Shown here: positions 18,810 through 27,797 of the stretch, one piece after another | How positions within the stretch are numbered: the first letter of the stretch is position 1 | Layout: every line of letters begins with the position of its first letter | From: Gemmatimonadota bacterium | GTDB taxonomy: Bacteria > Gemmatimonadota > Gemmatimonadetes > Longimicrobiales > RSA9 | DNA: 64,000 nucleotides | NCBI GenBank assembly: GCA_007126035.1 | Contig: SLCC01000019.1 | Span: 31,781-95,780 of the forward strand | Direction: 5' to 3' | Notes under the pieces: model-generated | What the model saw: only the letters and a program-made list of their open reading frames with translations | What the model was told of the DNA's origin: nothing | Database searches by the model: none | Program-made: the position numbers and the translations under genes

Positions 18810-21800
18810 ATGAGTACCTATGTGGAGCTCCGCGGCCATTCCGCCTTCTCCTTCGGCGATGGTGCCTGTACGCCAGAGACGCTGGTCCAGGCGGCGGCGG
18901 AGCGTGGCTACGGCGCCCTGGGTCTGGCGGACCGGTCGGACCTGGGAGGTGTCATCCGTTTTGCCCTGGAGGCGGCTCGGGCGGGGATCCAGCCGGTGGT
19001 GGGGGCGGAGCTGGTGGTGGGTGGACACCCGCTGGCGCTGCTGGCCCGGGACGCCCAGGGCTTCCGGAACCTGGCTGGGCTGGTGACCCGGAGCCGGCTG
19101 GGCGACTGGAGCTCGTGGCTGGCGGAGAAGGATGAGCTGGAGTCGTCGTACGGGGGCAGTCCAGGCTCTGCTTCCAGCGGGAGCGGAGCGGAGCTCGTGG
19201 GCAATGGCGCTCTCAGGCTGGACCGGGATGGCCGGGTCCGTACCCGGGCGACGGCGGTCACCCCGCGTCGCAGGCCTTCATCAGCTCTCCCTGCCCGGGG
19301 CCAGCCCACCCTGGCTATCGCCGACCTGGAAGGCCGTACTGACGGTCTGCACCTGCTCACGGGTCCGGCCACGGGCGAGCTGGCGACGCTGCTCCGGTCG
19401 GGCCGGCCGGAGGAGGCGGCCTTCTTGGTGTCGCGGCTGCGGGAGCTGTTCCCCGGTCGCCTGGCTGTGGAGGTGGGGCTGCACCACGTGTCGGGTGAGG
19501 AGTCGGCGCTGGCGGGCGCGCTGATCGAGCTGGCGGAGCGGCATGGGGTGCCGTGGGTCGTGGCCAACGATCCCCGTTACGTGGACGGCGGGAGTCGCCT
19601 GGTGCACGACCTCCTGACGGCGCTCCGTGCTGGCCTGGACATCGACACGGCGGCTAGCTGGGGCGTGCTGCACCCGAACGGGGAGTGGCGGCTGAAGTCG
19701 CCGGCGGAGATGGCGTCGCTCTGGCAGGGGCGGGAGGCGGGGCTGGCGGAGTCGGCGCGGATCGCGGCGGAGTGCGCCTTCGACCTGCGCTGGGTCCGTC
19801 CGCCGCTGCCGAATTTCCCCGTCCCCAGTGGCCACGACAACGGCTCCTGGCTCCGCGAGCTGACCTTCCGTGGCGCCCGGGAGCGGTGGGGCGAGGTGGA
19901 CGAGCGGCAGCGGGCGCAGCTGGAGCACGAGCTGGGGGTGATAACTCGCCTGGGCTTCGCCGGCTTCTTCCTGGTCATGTGGGACGCGGTGCGGGAGGCG
20001 AGGGAGCGGGGGATCCTCTGCCAGGGTCGGGGCAGCGCGGCCAACTCGGCGGTGGCCTTCTGCCTGGGGATCACGGCGGTGGACCCGGTGCGCCACGGGC
20101 TGCTCTTCGAGCGCTTCCTCTCCGAGGTCCGGACCGATGGGATGACGGAGGCGCCGGACATCGACGTGGACTTCGAGATGCACCGTCGCGAGGAGATCCT
20201 GGACTACATGTACCGGCGCTACGGCCGGGCCCACGCCGCCATCACGGCGGTGACCCAGGTCTACCACGCGCCCACGGCCATCCAGGACTGCATGCGTACC
20301 CTGGGCTGGCCGGCAGAGAGCGCGTTCACCCTGAGCAAGCGGTTGCACGGCCGGGAGCCGGCGGCGGCGGCCGATGAGCTGGAGGCGGGGATGGCGGCGA
20401 GGTTCGGGGTGGACGTCGCGTCGCCCAGGGGCCGGGCGCTGCTGTCCGCGCTTCGCTCCCTGGACGACGTCCCCCGCCTCCGCTCCACGCACCCCGGCGG
20501 TTTCGTCCTCTCCAGCCGGCTCCTGGGCGACTACCTGCCCATCGAGGAGACGACCATGGGCAGGACCATCCTCCAGTTCGACAAGGACGACCTGGACGCC
20601 GCCGGCGTGCCCAAGTTCGACTTCCTGGGCCTGGGCGGCCTCACGGTGGTCCACATGGCCTTCGACGCCATCCGGGAGCGGACGGGCCGGGCGATGGAGC
20701 TTTACGACCTGCCGGTGGACGACGCCGCCACCTACGACATGATCGGCCGGGGCGACACGCTGGGCACCTTCCAGATCGAGTCCCGCGCCCAGATCCAGTC
20801 CATCCTCCAGACCCGGCCGAAGCGGCTCTATGACATCGTGGTCCAGGTGGCGCTGATCCGGCCCGGCCCCATCCAGGCCCGCTTCGTCCGCCCCTACACC
20901 CGTCGGCGCCTGGGGCTCGAGGAGGTGGAGTTCGCCGACCCGCGACTCGAGCCCATCCTACGTCGCACCTACGGCATCCCCATCTTCCAGGAGCAGGCCA
21001 TGGCCATCTCCATGGCCCTGGGCGGGTTCAGCGCCGCCGAGGCGGACGAGCTGCGGCGGGCCATGGGCCATCGCCGCAAGCTGCCCAGGCTCCACGCGGC
21101 GCTGAAACGGCTCGAGGCCCGGATGGCCGCCAACGGCGTGTCTGCCGAGGCCGCCGAGGAGATCGTGGAGGATCTCCACTCCTTCGCCAACTACGGCTTC
21201 CCCGAGAGTCACGCCTGGAGCTTCGCGCTCATCGCCTATGCGACGGCGTACCTCAAGGCCCATTATCCCGCCGAGTTCCTCATGGCCATCCTCAACGCCT
21301 GGCCCATGGGGTTCTACCCGCCCGCCACCCTGGTCCACGAGGCCCGGCGCAACGGCGTGGTGGCGCGGCCGCCCTGCCTCCGTCACGGGCAGTGGGAGTG
21401 CACCCTGGAGCCGCCGGAGCCGGGACAACGTGCACCGGCCGCACCCGCTCACCCGGCGGTGCGCATCGGCTGGAAGCACATCCGGGGGCTGGGCGAGGCC
21501 GCGCGGGGCCGGCTGCAGGGCGCGGCGGCGCAGGGCCCGTTCACCGCCGTAGCCGACGTGGTGCGGCGAGCGTCGTTGTCCCGTGCCGACGCGCTGCACC
21601 TGGCCCGCGCCGGCGCCTTCGAGGCGTTCGAGCCCGGCCGTCGCCGTGCCGCCTGGGAAGCGCTGCGGGCCGCCGGGGACACCTTGCCCCTGGCCCCCGC
21701 CCGCCACCTCCCCCTGGACCCCCGGGAAATGGAGGACCGGGAGCTGGTCTTCCTGGACTACCTGGCCACCGGGATCTGTACCGACGGCCATCCCATGGAG

Positions 21801-22196
21801 CATGTCCGGCCCCGCCTGCTGGATCACGGTGTGGTGGGGTCCGCCGATTTCGAGACCCTCCCCGACGGCTCGCCCGTGGTGATGGCCGGCCTGGTGGTGG
21901 CCCGCCAGCACCCCGCCACAGCCAAGGGCACCGTCTTCCTCCTGCTGGAGGACGAGCACGGCTTCATCAACCTCATCGTCCCGCCCCCCGTCTATCAGCG
22001 CTACCGGGAGACCATCCACCACTCCCCGTTCCTCCTGGTCCAGGGCCGGTTCGAGCGAGACGAACGGGTCATGAACGTGGTGGCGACACGCTTCCGGGAG
22101 CTTGATGCCAGGGCCCGTCACCGGACGGCGTCGGCGGGCACAGAGGCGTCAGCGGCTAGACAGTCTGCTGCGTCGGTTCCGGAGGCCGGTTCGTGA
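18810..22196 (+). CDS. dnaE2: error-prone DNA polymerase III alpha-type subunit DnaE2
   Basis: PHP-domain N-terminus YVELRGHSAFSFGDGA, Pol III alpha core and a C-terminal OB region. The DnaE2 rather than DnaE1 assignment is inferred from size and from linkage to imuA/imuB. Confidence 0.85.
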   Translation: MSTYVELRGHSAFSFGDGACTPETLVQAAAERGYGALGLADRSDLGGVIRFALEAARAGIQPVVGAELVVGGHPLALLARDAQGFRNLAGLVTRSRLGDWSSWLAEKDELESSYGGSPGSASSGSGAELVGNGALRLDRDGRVRTRATAVTPRRRPSSALPARGQPTLAIADLEGRTDGLHLLTGPATGELATLLRSGRPEEAAFLVSRLRELFPGRLAVEVGLHHVSGEESALAGALIELAERHGVPWVVANDPRYVDGGSRLVHDLLTALRAGLDIDTAASWGVLHPNGEWRLKSPAEMASLWQGREAGLAESARIAAECAFDLRWVRPPLPNFPVPSGHDNGSWLRELTFRGARERWGEVDERQRAQLEHELGVITRLGFAGFFLVMWDAVREARERGILCQGRGSAANSAVAFCLGITAVDPVRHGLLFERFLSEVRTDGMTEAPDIDVDFEMHRREEILDYMYRRYGRAHAAITAVTQVYHAPTAIQDCMRTLGWPAESAFTLSKRLHGREPAAAADELEAGMAARFGVDVASPRGRALLSALRSLDDVPRLRSTHPGGFVLSSRLLGDYLPIEETTMGRTILQFDKDDLDAAGVPKFDFLGLGGLTVVHMAFDAIRERTGRAMELYDLPVDDAATYDMIGRGDTLGTFQIESRAQIQSILQTRPKRLYDIVVQVALIRPGPIQARFVRPYTRRRLGLEEVEFADPRLEPILRRTYGIPIFQEQAMAISMALGGFSAAEADELRRAMGHRRKLPRLHAALKRLEARMAANGVSAEAAEEIVEDLHSFANYGFPESHAWSFALIAYATAYLKAHYPAEFLMAILNAWPMGFYPPATLVHEARRNGVVARPPCLRHGQWECTLEPPEPGQRAPAAPAHPAVRIGWKHIRGLGEAARGRLQGAAAQGPFTAVADVVRRASLSRADALHLARAGAFEAFEPGRRRAAWEALRAAGDTLPLAPARHLPLDPREMEDRELVFLDYLATGICTDGHPMEHVRPRLLDHGVVGSADFETLPDGSPVVMAGLVVARQHPATAKGTVFLLLEDEHGFINLIVPPPVYQRYRETIHHSPFLLVQGRFERDERVMNVVATRFRELDARARHRTASAGTEASAARQSAASVPEAGS

Positions 22197-23320
22197 GCGG
22201 AGGAGAGAGGGCTTCCCGCCCGCGCACATCGGGCACCAGGGCTTCGCCAGAGTCTCCGCCGCCACCGCGGGTCGTCAAGGGCCGGGGCGCGTCGAGCAAC
22301 CCGGTCAATCGGTTCGAGCGCCTGCACGTGGTCGCCGACGGGTCGCGGGTCGATCCTGATGACCCGTCGCCACGAACCAAATTCCTCCGGGACTCGAGCC
22401 GGAGCATCCTGTCCCGGAACGACAGCCCCGACGTGGCCTTCGGGTACACGCTGAACCCGTACCGGGGTTGTGAGCACGGCTGCATCTACTGCTACGCCCG
22501 GCCGACCCACGAGTACCTGGGGTTCTCCGCCGGGCTGGACTTCGAGACGAAGATCCTGGTGAAGCACGAGGCGCCGACGCTGCTCCGGGCCGCCCTGTCC
22601 TCACCGCGCTGGACGCCCGCGCCCATCGCAATGAGCGGCGTCACCGACCCGTACCAGCCCGTGGAGCGCCGGCTGCGGCTGACACGGGGGTGCATCCAGG
22701 TCCTGGCGGAGTTCCGGAACCCGCTGGCCGTGGTGACCAAGAACCATCTGGTCACCCGGGACACGGACCTGCTGGCGGAACTGGCGGCACGCGGGGCGGC
22801 GACGGTGGCGCTGTCCGTGACCACGCTACGTCCCGACCTCCAGCGTGTCCTCGAGCCCAGGACCGCCACACCGGACCGGCGACTGGACGCCATCCGAAGC
22901 CTTACGGAGGCAGGCGTCCCCGTGCGGGTGATGGTGGCCCCGGTCATCCCGGGGCTCACGGACCAGGAGATCCCGGCCATCCTGGCCGCTGCCGCCGAGG
23001 CCGGGGCCCGGGCGGCCAGCTACAGCCTGGTCCGATTACCCCACGGCGTCAGAGAGATGTTCGCCGACTGGCTCGAGGCCCACGTGCCCCAGCGCCGGGA
23101 CCGGGTTCTCAACCGGATCCGGGACACCCGGCGCGGGCGGCTCCACGACTCGTGCTTCGGTCGCCGCATGACGGGTGATGGGGCGTACGCGGACCACGTG
23201 CGCCAACTCTTCGAGACGACTCGCCGCAAACACAGGCTGCACGACGGCGCTTCAGCGCTGTCCGCCGCCGCGTTCCGCCGGCCTCCACCGGGCGACCAGC
23301 TGGGCCTCTTCGACGACTGA
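22193..23320 (+). CDS. radical SAM protein, PA0069/SplB-like (COG1533 'DNA repair photolyase') family
   Basis: CxxxCxxC cluster motif YRGCEHGCIYCYA and the N-terminal KGRGASSNPVNRFE motif typical of this family. Its GTG start overlaps the dnaE2 stop (GTGA at 22193-22196). Confidence 0.8.
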   Translation: MSGGERASRPRTSGTRASPESPPPPRVVKGRGASSNPVNRFERLHVVADGSRVDPDDPSPRTKFLRDSSRSILSRNDSPDVAFGYTLNPYRGCEHGCIYCYARPTHEYLGFSAGLDFETKILVKHEAPTLLRAALSSPRWTPAPIAMSGVTDPYQPVERRLRLTRGCIQVLAEFRNPLAVVTKNHLVTRDTDLLAELAARGAATVALSVTTLRPDLQRVLEPRTATPDRRLDAIRSLTEAGVPVRVMVAPVIPGLTDQEIPAILAAAAEAGARAASYSLVRLPHGVREMFADWLEAHVPQRRDRVLNRIRDTRRGRLHDSCFGRRMTGDGAYADHVRQLFETTRRKHRLHDGASALSAAAFRRPPPGDQLGLFDD

Positions 23321-23338
23321 GGAGACGGGGCCGCCTGC

Positions 23339-23614
23339 TCAGGTGCCGCTATGGTCCAGCGGGCTCTGGAACGCCTGACCACCACGGGCAGGATCATCGT
23401 CGCCGCCCTCCAGCCGTACCACGTCCTGTGCCTTGGGCCCCTTGTCCTCCTCCAGCACACCGAACTCCACCCGCTCCCCCTCCTTCAGCGTCTTGAACCC
23501 AGTACCTTCGATCGACGTGTGGTGGACGAAGATATCGCCGCCGTCATCACGTTCGATGAAACCGTAGCCCTTGGCATCTGAGAACCATTTGACCGTCCCG
23601 GTGAGTCGTGTCAT
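23339..23614 (-). CDS. cspA: cold-shock protein (CSD) with a short acidic/Gly C-terminal extension
   Basis: GTVKWFSDAKGYGFIERDDGGDIFVHHTSI contains the RNP1/RNP2 motifs. Confidence 0.9.
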   Translation of the reverse strand: MTRLTGTVKWFSDAKGYGFIERDDGGDIFVHHTSIEGTGFKTLKEGERVEFGVLEEDKGPKAQDVVRLEGGDDDPARGGQAFQSPLDHSGT

Positions 23615-24001
23615 TCGAGCTCTCGCCCCCCTCTCGATCTGGCGCGGACGTACCGCGCGATTACCGGCACAAGCCCCCTAGCATGGCAGCGACCTGCCGT
23701 ATCCCGGTCTATGCGATGCAACCTGCCTGCCGCTCGCCCCGCCGCATGCAGCAATGTCCACTCCTGATGACAGCGCTCGTCCTCTGTCACGGACGGGCTA
23801 GCGCCCAACCGCGCGGGTGTGGTCCAGGTAAGCCATTGCACCCAAAGGCACTTGGAGATTGTCGCGGTCGGGGCACGCAGGTTGCCTCCACCGGGCCGAC
23901 GGAGGGGCGAGGCGTTGAAGACGCGGGTGGGGGTTCACGGTCGGGTGATTGCGCCATGCCCGGGCGGAGGTGCACATTTACTGCCAAACAGGGAGTCAAT
24001 C

Positions 24002-25483
24002 ATGCGTGCGGTCGTACCTCTACTGCTGATCGGCCTGGCCGCGTGCTACTCGCCGCGGCAACTCGAGCCCCTCCCGTCGCCTGGTTACGGGTACTCCGCG
24101 TACGAGCCGCTGGAAGCTTCTCTCTTCGTCGACCCGTTTACCGCGCAAGCCTCCGTCGATCTGAGCCGTCCCGCCCACGTTGCGATCTTCCACTTCCACC
24201 CAGGCTACGGCTTCACGATGACCTATCCGGCCATCGGGCAGCCCCACGGCAGGTACCTGGCCGGCGGTCGACACCACCTGTGGACATCGCACGCCCGCCA
24301 GGTGGCCAGCGCCAGGGCCTGGTCGCTTGGGTCGCATGCAGGGAGCCGGAGTCGGGCTCGCTACGCGGCCACCCATCGTGCCCACTTCGCTGGTGGGCCT
24401 GGAGCGCACGGCCCGTCGTACTACGTGCTCATCGCCTCCGATGAGCCCCTGGAGATCAACGGCTTCTACGCGACCGGCCGCGCCCTGTGGCAGGACCGCG
24501 TGAGCTGGAGCTACAATCCGTACACGGCCTCGGAGCTCCTCGCCAGCCGGGTGGTGCCACGGCCAACGAGCACCAACTGGACCGTGGCCTACCAGGTGGT
24601 ATGGTTCCATCAGGACCTGCTGGGCCCGAATTACAGGATGCCCCGTTACACCTGGGTTGTCTGCCCTGGCGGCTACACCGTGGCCGTTCCGATCCATCTC
24701 CTCCCATACTTCTCCTGCCCCGCGGGAACCGAGAGGATCCCGGAGCCGGTCGTGCCACCGGGAGACACGGCCACGGCCACCCTGATGGCCAGGGTAAGGG
24801 AACTGGTGGACGAAGAGCGAAGGAGCCGGCCAGGGTCCCTGGGTGAGGAGGAGCCGGGCGTCGCTCAGGCAGCCGAGTTGGCGCTCAGGCTGCGCCAGGC
24901 CACCGTGGGTGGGGAAGCCGGGTCGAGGGAGGTCTCCGTTCCGACCCTGAGGCGTCCCACAGTTGGCGAGGGGGAGGCGGCGGGCACTCCCGCACCCCTC
25001 GTCGCGACTCGCCGGCCCGTCATCCAGCCGAGCCGGATAGCCCGGCCGGGTGAGGCGGAGCAGTCCCGGGCCACGCCCGCGGGTACGCTCACCCGACAGG
25101 CCAGCGATCGCCCGCTTCCGGCAACGGTTCGGCCCCGCGCACCCGGTAACCCCGGCGAGCCGCAGGCGGAGCGGGTGCGGCCGCAGACCGAACGGCAGTC
25201 GACACCGACGTCGGTACGTGGCGCGACGTCCAGGACCTCGCCGGCCGGAGCGCCACCGCCGGCGCAGCGGGTGCCCGACCGTACACGACGCGACCCTGCT
25301 TCTCCGCCGCCCCGTCAGGTGCAGCCAACCCGGCCGCAGACCACGTCGCCACCTGCCCGGCCCACTACGTCTCGCCCGCCGCCGAGTCGCCCGCCACCGG
25401 ACCGTCCGCCACCGGACCGTCCGGACCGTCCGCCACCGGACCGTCCGCCGCCGGACTGCCCGCCACCGGACCGTCAGGACTGA
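24002..25483 (+). CDS. lipoprotein, DUF4384-like N-terminal domain plus a Pro/Arg/Thr-rich low-complexity tail
   Basis: AGGGAG RBS then MRAVVPLLLIGLAACYSP (lipobox LAAC). VDLSRPAHVAIFHFHPGYGFTMTYP...YYVLIASDEPL resembles DUF4384. The tail ends in (PPPDR)n. The track ORF start at 23819 is an upstream artefact. Confidence 0.6.
   Translation: MRAVVPLLLIGLAACYSPRQLEPLPSPGYGYSAYEPLEASLFVDPFTAQASVDLSRPAHVAIFHFHPGYGFTMTYPAIGQPHGRYLAGGRHHLWTSHARQVASARAWSLGSHAGSRSRARYAATHRAHFAGGPGAHGPSYYVLIASDEPLEINGFYATGRALWQDRVSWSYNPYTASELLASRVVPRPTSTNWTVAYQVVWFHQDLLGPNYRMPRYTWVVCPGGYTVAVPIHLLPYFSCPAGTERIPEPVVPPGDTATATLMARVRELVDEERRSRPGSLGEEEPGVAQAAELALRLRQATVGGEAGSREVSVPTLRRPTVGEGEAAGTPAPLVATRRPVIQPSRIARPGEAEQSRATPAGTLTRQASDRPLPATVRPRAPGNPGEPQAERVRPQTERQSTPTSVRGATSRTSPAGAPPPAQRVPDRTRRDPASPPPRQVQPTRPQTTSPPARPTTSRPPPSRPPPDRPPPDRPDRPPPDRPPPDCPPPDRQD
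25391..25474 (+). repeat. 15-nt in-frame tandem repeat (ccgccaccggaccgt) encoding PPPDR units
   Basis: Units at 25391, 25406, 25430 and 25460 are identical. One 9-nt truncated unit sits at 25421 and one variant unit (ccgccgccggactgc) at 25445. Confidence 0.85.
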
Positions 25484-25547
25484 GCTTGCCCGCCCGAGCG
25501 CCCGGCCCGCGTGAAGCGAGCGGGGCGCTCGGCCAGAGTGCCTGTTG

Positions 25548-25946
25548 TCAGAGGATGGGTCGTCCGATGGCGGCCGTGCCGGCAACGATGAGGATCAGCG
25601 CCGCCGCCACACCCAGCGCCACGGGCATGTGGCTTATACTCTCCGGTGGTCTCCGCCGGTTGTAGATGTTGGTGAAGTGGGCCACCGCCGCGGCAGCGAC
25701 CATGGTGGTTATGTGGCCCCACATGGCCGGGTAGAACGGCCAGAAGAAGACCAGGACCAGGCCCAGGAGGACCTGTATATCCACGAATGCGACGAAGGTG
25801 ATCAGCAGCACCCTCCCGCCCCGGTCCCACGGCCGCCGGGTCACCGCTGCGAGCAGTGAGTACAGGAACGACGCCACCCCCACCAGGAGCACCAGGTACC
25901 GGAGGCCCGAGTGGGCGTGGAACAGGAAAACGGCGAAGGCGTCCAT
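25548..25946 (-). CDS. small integral membrane protein (4 predicted TM), hypothetical
   Basis: MDAFAVFLFHAHSGLRYLVLLVGVASFLYSLL... followed by hydrophobic helices. This is the internal Met of track ORF 25548..26609. The upstream part of that ORF is antisense to the ligase gene. Confidence 0.5.
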   Translation of the reverse strand: MDAFAVFLFHAHSGLRYLVLLVGVASFLYSLLAAVTRRPWDRGGRVLLITFVAFVDIQVLLGLVLVFFWPFYPAMWGHITTMVAAAAVAHFTNIYNRRRPPESISHMPVALGVAAALILIVAGTAAIGRPIL

Positions 25947-26097
25947 ATACGACTCGAGTGTTGAGGTCCGAAGCCAGCGCGGCCGGAAATATGCAGGGGT
26001 CGTCGTGAGCGCGCCACCGCTGGCTGGGTGGAGTAGTGACCGATCCAGTATTGACGTGAGCGACTTCAGTCTGCCCCTCCGGCCCCCGGTAACGCCC

Positions 26098-27135
26098 ATG
26101 GAGGCCCGTCCCACGCCTGATCTCCCGGCGTCGGGTCCATGGCAGTTCGAGCCGAAGTGGGATGGGTTCCGGTGCCTGGTGTTCCGTGACCATGGACGGG
26201 TGGAGCTCCAGTCCAAGTCGGCGAAGTCACTGACCCGGTACTTCCCCGAGGTGGTGGCGGCGGTCCGGTCGCTGGCCGCGCGCCAGTTCGTGCTGGACTG
26301 CGAGCTGCTGGTGCCGCAGGGGGAAGACCTGGCCTTCGACCTGCTTCTCCAGCGGATCCATCCCGCGGCCAGCCGGGTCGACCGCCTGTCGCGGGAGACA
26401 CCGGCGTGGCTGGTGGCGTTCGACTTGCTTGCCCGTGGCTCGACCCGCTCCCTGGTGGACTCTCCCCTGAGCGAGCGGCGCCGGGAGCTGGAAGCCTTTG
26501 CCGGGCGCTTTCTCGACTCGGCTCCAGCGATCCACCTCTCCCCGGCCACGGGGGATCGGCAGCAGGCGGAAGTGTGGCTTGCCGGGCTCGGCGGTATGGA
26601 CGGCGTCATGGCGAAGGACCCGACGCTGCCTTACGCCTCCGGCTCGCGTCACGCCATGTGGAAGGTGAAGCGACGGAACAGCGCCGACTGCGTGGTGGGC
26701 GGGTTCCGCCGCTCGAGCGCGGGCGACGGCGTGGGTTCCCTGCTCCTGGGGCTTTACGACGACGCTGGTAGGCTCGACCACGTAGGCTTCTGCTCGAGCT
26801 TGTCCGCCCGGGCTCGACGCCGGCTCCTGGAGCTGCTGGAGCCGCTGGTCGAGGGGCCCGGGTTCACCGGGGACCGGCCCGGCGGGCCCAGCCGCTGGGC
26901 AACGGAGCGGAGTGATCAGTGGCTGCCCCTCCGGCCCACGCTGGTCCTGGAGGTGGGCTACGACCACTTCACCGGCGGCCGCTTCCGCCACGGCACCACG
27001 TTCGAGCGTTGGCGACCGGACAAGGACCCGCGGCAGTGCACCTATGACCAGATCCCGCAGGAGGGGGCCGGCGCGCTACGGACGCTGGTGGGAGGATCGG
27101 GGCTGGCGCGGCAGCCGCCAGGTCAGAAGCGGTAA
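26098..27135 (+). CDS. ATP-dependent DNA ligase (LigC-like: adenylation plus OB domains only)
   Basis: Motif I EPKWDGFRC (KxDG), DGVMAK, and MWKVKRRNSADCVVGG. Starts at ATG 26098 (MEARPTPDLPASGPWQFEPKWDG), or possibly at GTG 26056. Confidence 0.85.
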   Translation: MEARPTPDLPASGPWQFEPKWDGFRCLVFRDHGRVELQSKSAKSLTRYFPEVVAAVRSLAARQFVLDCELLVPQGEDLAFDLLLQRIHPAASRVDRLSRETPAWLVAFDLLARGSTRSLVDSPLSERRRELEAFAGRFLDSAPAIHLSPATGDRQQAEVWLAGLGGMDGVMAKDPTLPYASGSRHAMWKVKRRNSADCVVGGFRRSSAGDGVGSLLLGLYDDAGRLDHVGFCSSLSARARRRLLELLEPLVEGPGFTGDRPGGPSRWATERSDQWLPLRPTLVLEVGYDHFTGGRFRHGTTFERWRPDKDPRQCTYDQIPQEGAGALRTLVGGSGLARQPPGQKR

Positions 27136-27797
27136 CCGAGCCCCGCGCGCAGACCACGGGTCGCGTACGGCGGCACCCCGAGTCCTGACGCCAGCGGATC
27201 CATTGATCCCGCCACCCACACCTCCATGCGCCTGACCACCAACGTGGCACCGGTCTCCACTCCCAGGGACGACCCGTTGGCGTCCATCGCCTCACCGATG
27301 ACCTGGCCACGACTGGCTGCGAACAGACCCCGGACTTCGACGAAGGGGAGCAGCGACGGGCCGGCCGAGCCAGAACGCCTGGCCACACGGATCCCCGCTC
27401 CGCCAGTGGTCACTTCACCCCGATCCGCTCCGGCAACGAAACGGGACCCGCCGCCGTGAGCCACAAAGCCCACGGTCAACCCGGTGACGCTGGCCAGGCG
27501 GGCGTGTGCCGACGCCCGCACCACGTGTGGCGTCACGTTCCCGGATCCGATCTCCAGGCGGCGGTAGCCGAGACCGACCGTCACACGATCGCCTCTGTGC
27601 GAGACGTCCGGACCCCACTCCCAGCCGGTCAACCCGCCGGCTACATCGTATTCGACGGCGCCGCCCGCCGCGCCCAGAGACCAGCCGCGGCCGGAGCCGG
27701 GCACCGTTTGCGCCGCCGAGTCGACGGGGAGCAGGAAGAGCAACACGAGCGCCAGGACCCACGGCGTGCAGGGACGGGCCCGCACCGGATCCCTCAT
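27123..27797 (-). CDS. small outer-membrane beta-barrel-like protein
   Basis: Signal peptide MRDPVRARPCTPWVLALVLLFLLPVDSAAQ, alternating amphipathic strands, and a C-terminus of GLGYRF with terminal aromatic residue. Its ATG overlaps the upstream gene's stop (ATGA). Confidence 0.55.
   Translation of the reverse strand: MRDPVRARPCTPWVLALVLLFLLPVDSAAQTVPGSGRGWSLGAAGGAVEYDVAGGLTGWEWGPDVSHRGDRVTVGLGYRRLEIGSGNVTPHVVRASAHARLASVTGLTVGFVAHGGGSRFVAGADRGEVTTGGAGIRVARRSGSAGPSLLPFVEVRGLFAASRGQVIGEAMDANGSSLGVETGATLVVRRMEVWVAGSMDPLASGLGVPPYATRGLRAGLGYRF

Noticed and set aside
23819-24001. Upstream 61 codons of track ORF 23819..25483, and the ORFs 23608..24444(+) and 23611..23841(-)
   Set aside because: The lipoprotein signal peptide and an AGGGAG RBS define the start at 24002. 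The other ORFs have no RBS, show Arg/Pro/Ala-rich artefact composition and overlap each other.
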